Assembly (NCBI GenBank): GCA_937897635.1
Contig: CALCQI010000012.1
Location: 74,512 to 138,511 of the forward strand
Direction of reading: 5' to 3'
DNA from: an uncultured Peptococcaceae bacterium
Lineage (GTDB): Bacteria > Bacillota > Dehalobacteriia > UBA4068 > UBA4997
DNA: 64,000 bases
Positions 59,530 through 64,000 of this stretch are shown in pieces. Below the pieces are notes generated by a model that had not been told where the DNA came from, did no database searches, and saw nothing but the letters and a program-made list of their open reading frames with translations. How positions within the stretch are numbered: position 1 is the first letter of the stretch; each line of letters begins with the position of its first letter. Made by a program: the position numbers and the translations under genes.

Positions 59530-60087
59530 TTAAGCCTTACGGCGGATCATATATTTAGCATATACGGGTGCAAGCCCCTTATGAACTAAAGCAGCAATAA
59601 TGGAGTTCAGACCCGCCTTGATAAGGTTAAAGGGGATCACCACAGGCCCAAGCGAGGCTATTACAACATCCTGCGGCACACCGTAAAAATGTACAGTAAA
59701 AACAAGGTTCAAGGGCACCATTAAAGCAGTCATAGCCAATGAGCCTATAACCAAGCCAAGAACAAGGCCTTTAAAAGTGCCGCGTTTGGCATAAATATAG
59801 CCTGCTATTATAACCAAAGCACCACTGGAACAAAAGTGCATTATAAAACCTACCAAGCCATCGCCGCCCAGCGCAAATGCTTGTAAAAGGCAAACTATAG
59901 ACAAAATAGTCATGCCTGCGCCCGTACCGAAAAACAAAGTGCCTATTAGAATGGGTACATCCGCCATATCATAAATAAGCCAAGGAGCCGCAGGGAAAAG
60001 CGGTATGCGCACAAGCAAAATCAGCACTATAGAAAGTGCGGAAAGAATTGCAACACGAGTCATTTTCAACGTTTTGGTGTTTTCCAT
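59530..60087 (-). CDS. ribU: ECF transporter S component, riboflavin-type
   Basis: 'YDMADVP', 'IPFNLIK'; preceded by an FMN riboswitch; start moved to MENTK. Confidence 0.85.
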   Translation of the reverse strand: MENTKTLKMTRVAILSALSIVLILLVRIPLFPAAPWLIYDMADVPILIGTLFFGTGAGMTILSIVCLLQAFALGGDGLVGFIMHFCSSGALVIIAGYIYAKRGTFKGLVLGLVIGSLAMTALMVPLNLVFTVHFYGVPQDVVIASLGPVVIPFNLIKAGLNSIIAALVHKGLAPVYAKYMIRRKA

Positions 60088-60124
60088 AGTTCTATCTTCT
60101 TTCTTTTTGATTTGGCTGTCTACG

Positions 60125-60154
60125 AAAAAAAGCCCCGTACAAAGTACAGGGCGT
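60125..60154 (-). terminator. Riboswitch-controlled terminator
   Basis: GCCCTGTAC-TTT-GTACGGGGC-TTTTTTT on the minus strand, between the aptamer and ribU. Confidence 0.8.
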
Positions 60155-60177
60155 AATGACGCATTAAAAACGCGTAT

Positions 60178-60303
60178 CATCTTCTTTCATCCGGACTATA
60201 CCGTCGGCCTTGGAATCTCACCAAATCTGCTAAAAGCTCGCGGGCTTGTAGGGCTAACCCTCATTACCGCCGGTGGGGAATTGCACCCCGCCCCGAAGAC
60301 AGC
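60178..60303 (-). promoter_or_regulatory. FMN (RFN) riboswitch
   Basis: TCTTCGGGGCGGGGTGCAATTCCCCACCGGCGGTA...AGCCCGCGAGC...GCAGATTTGGTGAGATTCCAAGGCCGACGGTATAGTCCGGATGAAAGAAGA. Confidence 0.96.
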
Positions 60304-60661
60304 TATTTATTTGTATATCTATTTTACGGCAAAAAACGTTAGATGTCAAATTCTGACGAATAAAAAGAATCTTTTAACAAAACAGAACAAAACAAGGAAT
60401 TGGGATTATCATCCTGAACTTAAGTTAAGTATTTTTAAGATTCTTAGCTTACGCTCAAAAAGACAAAAGCAAAAGCTCTCCTATATACTTGCTCTCAGAA
60501 TAACAGAGCTGACACCGAACATAAAAAAACCTGCTCCAGCATTTTTAGATATGCCACAGCAGGCTTTTTAGTTTACATCTTTTTATTTCTATTCTTCTTT
60601 AAGTGCTTTTAGTAAGAATAACCCGTCTTTAAATGCAACCATACCATTACGCAAAAGCTAC

Positions 60662-62215
60662 TTACACTATTTTATTAGTCCAGTTTTCCACATTCCAAAT
60701 ATCCGTTACCCAATCAGTATAGAATTCAGGATCGTGGCTCACCAAAAGGATAGTGCCCTTGAATTTGATGAGTGCATCCCTAAGCGCAGCCTTGGCATCT
60801 ACATCCAAATGGTTGGTAGGCTCATCCAAAAGCAGAAAATTAGCTTCCCTGAGCATCAGCTTGCACAAACGCACCTTGGCATTCTCGCCGCCCGAAAGCA
60901 CCAGCATTTTACTGGTGATATGGTTGGTAGTGAGGCCGCAGCGCGCCAAAGCACTGCGTACTTCACCGTTAGTCATACCAGGAAATTCTTGCCAAACCTC
61001 TTCCAGCGCTGTGTTATGGTTTTCGGGCTCCTCCTGCTCAAAATAACCTGGGTATAAGTAAGGGTCCAACTCTAGCTCGCCCGCTACAGGCGGCAGTATA
61101 CCCAAAAAAGTTTTCAAAAGTGTGGTTTTGCCTACCCCGTTCACACCTTTTACAGCTACTTTTTGCCCACGCTCCAAAGTAAGGTTCAAAGGAGAAGTAA
61201 GCGGCTCGCCATAGCCTATGACCAACTGTTTGGCCTGTAAAACCAGCCTGCCCGAAGTACGGGCTTCCGCAAATTTAAATGTTGGCTTAATTTTTTCCCG
61301 CACATTTTCAATAAGCTCCATTTTATTAAGCTGCTTTTGGCGGCTTTTGGCTCTGCTAGTGGTGGAAATGCGTGCCTTATTTTTGGCTATAAAATCCTCC
61401 AGCCTGTCTATTTCTTTTTGCTGTTTTTCATAAGCTGCCTGCTGCTGTCTGCGCTTCAAGGCAGATTGCTCCAAAAACTGCTCGTAATTGCCCGTATATT
61501 TAGTAAGCTCGGCATTTTCCACATGATAAATGACGTTTACCACTTCGTTCAAAAAGCTGATGTCGTGCGAAACCAAAATAAAGGCGTTTTTATAAGTTTT
61601 TAAAAAGCCCTTAAGCCAATTTATATGCTCTTCATCCAAAAAGTTGGTAGGCTCATCCAAAATCAGGATCATGGGGTTTTCCAAAAGCAGCTTGGTAAGC
61701 AAAACCTTCGTGCGCTGCCCACCCGAAAGCTCATCCACCTTGCGGTCCAGCCCTATTTCACCTAAACCCAAACCATTAGCTACCTCTTCTATTTTAACAT
61801 CTATTATATAAAAAGAGCTTTCTTCCAAAATATCCTGAATTTGGGCAGCATTGTTCAAAAGCTTTTCCATTTGGCTTTCATCCGCCTCCGCCACCTTATC
61901 ATAAGCGGCCAGCATTTCCGCCTCTAAATCGTACATATGCTGAAAAGCCGTACGCAGGGTATTGCGTATGGTCATGCCCGCTACCAGCTTAGTAGTTTGA
62001 TCCAAATAACCCGTGGTTATATGGTTGCACCATTCCACCTTGCCCTCATCAGGCGTAAGGTTGCCCGTGATGATATTCAAAAAAGTGGATTTGCCTTCAC
62101 CGTTCGCACCCACCAAACCAACATGCTCACCGTTCAATAAACGAAAGCCGACATTTTCCAAAATTTTGCGAGCGCCGAAACCGTGGCTCACATTTTGCAC
62201 ATTTAATATAGACAT
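60662..62215 (-). CDS. ABC-F family ATPase
   Basis: Two ABC domains (GANGEGKS/LSGGQ/DEPTN; GVNGVGKT/LSGGE/DEPTN), no TM segments. Confidence 0.92.
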   Translation of the reverse strand: MSILNVQNVSHGFGARKILENVGFRLLNGEHVGLVGANGEGKSTFLNIITGNLTPDEGKVEWCNHITTGYLDQTTKLVAGMTIRNTLRTAFQHMYDLEAEMLAAYDKVAEADESQMEKLLNNAAQIQDILEESSFYIIDVKIEEVANGLGLGEIGLDRKVDELSGGQRTKVLLTKLLLENPMILILDEPTNFLDEEHINWLKGFLKTYKNAFILVSHDISFLNEVVNVIYHVENAELTKYTGNYEQFLEQSALKRRQQQAAYEKQQKEIDRLEDFIAKNKARISTTSRAKSRQKQLNKMELIENVREKIKPTFKFAEARTSGRLVLQAKQLVIGYGEPLTSPLNLTLERGQKVAVKGVNGVGKTTLLKTFLGILPPVAGELELDPYLYPGYFEQEEPENHNTALEEVWQEFPGMTNGEVRSALARCGLTTNHITSKMLVLSGGENAKVRLCKLMLREANFLLLDEPTNHLDVDAKAALRDALIKFKGTILLVSHDPEFYTDWVTDIWNVENWTNKIV

Positions 62216-62514
62216 TTTATCACCTTTAAAATTGAATAATAAGGTAAAAATTTATTTAAGCCGGCCCTTGCCAAACTTTTGTTTTTAGCGTTTTAATGTT
62301 TCTTCTAAAGTTTCTTTTGCAAAACTTATTATATATTTAAGAAAAACTGCCTATAATTTCGTTTTATAGGGTTTAAAAAACATATGAACTCAACAAAGCT
62401 TTTCACTTGCCCTACATCTAAACAAATTGCCGAAAACCTAAGCTTTTCGGCAATTTTACCAGCTATAATGAAAGGAATTTGCTCAAAAACTCACCGCCAA
62501 AACCTATTTGTAAT

Positions 62515-64000
62515 TTAGTTTTTGTGGGCACGCGCCCTTTTAGTGTGATCCAAAATCCTTTTACGAATGCGTGTGCTTTCGGGAGTTATTTCCAAAAGCT
62601 CATCATCAGCTATATATTCCAGGCTTTGCTCCAAGCTTAAAATACGGGGCGGTGTTAAACGCAAGGCCTCGTCCGAAGAGCTGGAACGGGTGTTAGTAAC
62701 GTGTTTTTTCTTACATACATTCACGGCAATATCCTCCGCCTTAGGGGAAGAACCTACCACCATGCCTGCGTAAACAGGCACACCGGCGCCTATAAACAAA
62801 TTACCGCGCTCCTGCGCATTATAAAGCCCGTAAGTAACGGCCACTCCTGTATCAAAAGAAATAAGGCTGCCGTAATTACGCTTGGTTATTTCACCCTTCA
62901 TGGGTCCGTATTCATAGAACACAGCATTCAAAATGCCTTCGCCCCTGGTATCTGTCATGAATTCACCGCGATAACCAAAAAGCCCGCGTGAAGGAATGAT
63001 GAATTCTAAACGCATCCTGTTGCCCTGCTGGGTCATTTGTTGCAGTTCACCTTTGCGATAACCCATTTTTTCCATAACACTGCCTATGGATTCACTTGGC
63101 ACATCTATTACCAGCCTTTCATAAGGCTCACAAAGCTGATCGTTAATGGTTTTATAAATCACCTTAGGAGTACTTACCTGAAATTCATAGCCCTCACGGC
63201 GCATAGTTTCTATCAAAATAGAAAGGTGCATTTCGCCCCTTCCCAAAACTCTGAAGGCATCGGGGCTTTCCGTTTCCTCCACCCTAATAGAAACATCCTT
63301 CAACAGCTCTTTGAACAGGCGTTCACGCAATTGGCGAGAGGTAATGAACTTGCCTTCACGCCCTGCAAAGGGACTATCGTTTACGCAAAAAGTCATCTCC
63401 ACCGTAGGTTCGGAAATCTTCACGAAGGGAATTGGTTCCGCCTTCTCATTTGCGCAAATGGTATTACCTATATTCACATTTTCAATACCTGAAATGGATA
63501 CTATATCACCCACATAAGCGGTATCAACGGCTGTTCTTTTCAGGCCGTCAAACTGATACACCGCCGTTACTTTACTTTTAGTGCGCAGATCGCTCCTGTG
63601 ATAGTCGCAAAGCATTACTTCCTGATTGGTAGTTATGCGGCCGCGCTCGATCCTGCCTATAGCAAAACGCCCAACATATTCATTGTAATCTATAGAGGAA
63701 ACCAGCATTTGCAGGGGGCCTTCAGCATCACCTTCGGGTGCAGGCATATACTCCAAAATCGTTTCAAAAAGTGGTACCAAATCTTCTCCTGCCTCATTTG
63801 GGGAAAGCGAAGCTGTACCTTCCCTGCCCGAGCAATAAACGATGGGGCTATTCAGTTGGTCAGATGAAGCATCCAGCTCCAGCAAAAGTTCCAAAACTTC
63901 ATCACCCAGCTCATTCAAGCGGGCATCGGGGCGGTCTATTTTATTTACTACTATGATAACACGGTGGTTCAATTCCAGCGCTTTTTGCAATACAAAACGA
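62515..64000 (-). CDS. typA: Translational GTPase TypA/BipA (5' part outside the window)
   Basis: 'NKIDRPDAR', 'NDSPFAGREG', 'GRGEMHL.ILIE.MRREG', C-terminal 'DDELLEITP...RIRK'. Confidence 0.95.
   Translation of the reverse strand, partial: RFVLQKALELNHRVIIVVNKIDRPDARLNELGDEVLELLLELDASSDQLNSPIVYCSGREGTASLSPNEAGEDLVPLFETILEYMPAPEGDAEGPLQMLVSSIDYNEYVGRFAIGRIERGRITTNQEVMLCDYHRSDLRTKSKVTAVYQFDGLKRTAVDTAYVGDIVSISGIENVNIGNTICANEKAEPIPFVKISEPTVEMTFCVNDSPFAGREGKFITSRQLRERLFKELLKDVSIRVEETESPDAFRVLGRGEMHLSILIETMRREGYEFQVSTPKVIYKTINDQLCEPYERLVIDVPSESIGSVMEKMGYRKGELQQMTQQGNRMRLEFIIPSRGLFGYRGEFMTDTRGEGILNAVFYEYGPMKGEITKRNYGSLISFDTGVAVTYGLYNAQERGNLFIGAGVPVYAGMVVGSSPKAEDIAVNVCKKKHVTNTRSSSSDEALRLTPPRILSLEQSLEYIADDELLEITPESTRIRKRILDHTKRARAHKN

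Noticed and set aside
60088-60571. N-terminal extension of ribU and the 188-aa + strand ORF
   Set aside because: They run through the FMN riboswitch and terminator; shadow ORFs
48-63956. Numerous + strand ORFs in the track (e.g. 36759..37310, 50020..50643, 57464..58093)
   Set aside because: Antisense shadows of well-supported minus-strand genes, without RBS or motifs
1-64000. CRISPR array, retron or DGR
   Set aside because: No regularly spaced repeats, cas genes or reverse transcriptase seen

Overview
Low-GC Firmicute (Clostridia-like) chromosomal window with almost all genes on the minus strand. From left to right: (1) a moeA-DUF364-class III (FecBCD/BtuCDF-like) ABC importer operon. (2) A YyaL/DUF255 thioredoxin-domain gene interrupted exactly at its CHWCH codons by a ~22 kb large-serine-recombinase element, with a 17-bp core repeat at 8244-8260 and 30299-30315. 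The element carries its own diverged copy of the target's 5' end, plus a defence island: GmrSD-like DUF262/DUF1524, a type I CBASS whose TM-SAVED effector has an in-frame amber stop, a type I-like R-M with fused M-S, and two unknown genes. It also carries an IS3 remnant and secreted-protein genes. (3) An agrB/agrD-like peptide locus (agrD is missing from the ORF track) linked to DUF5317, a stand-alone membrane protein and a membrane GGDEF/HD-GYP enzyme, with no AgrC/AgrA. (4) A diverged tandem duplication of an ArsB/NhaD-family transporter unit. (5) tRNA-Ser(CGA) with an upstream orphan 5' half. (6) A Moco-motif-led aldehyde oxidoreductase / TrsS-type radical SAM cluster ending in yedF. (7) An OpuA-like betaine transporter, an SLH protein, an FMN riboswitch with ribU, an ABC-F gene and the 3' part of typA. 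All calls come from motif recognition by eye; no database searches were run.
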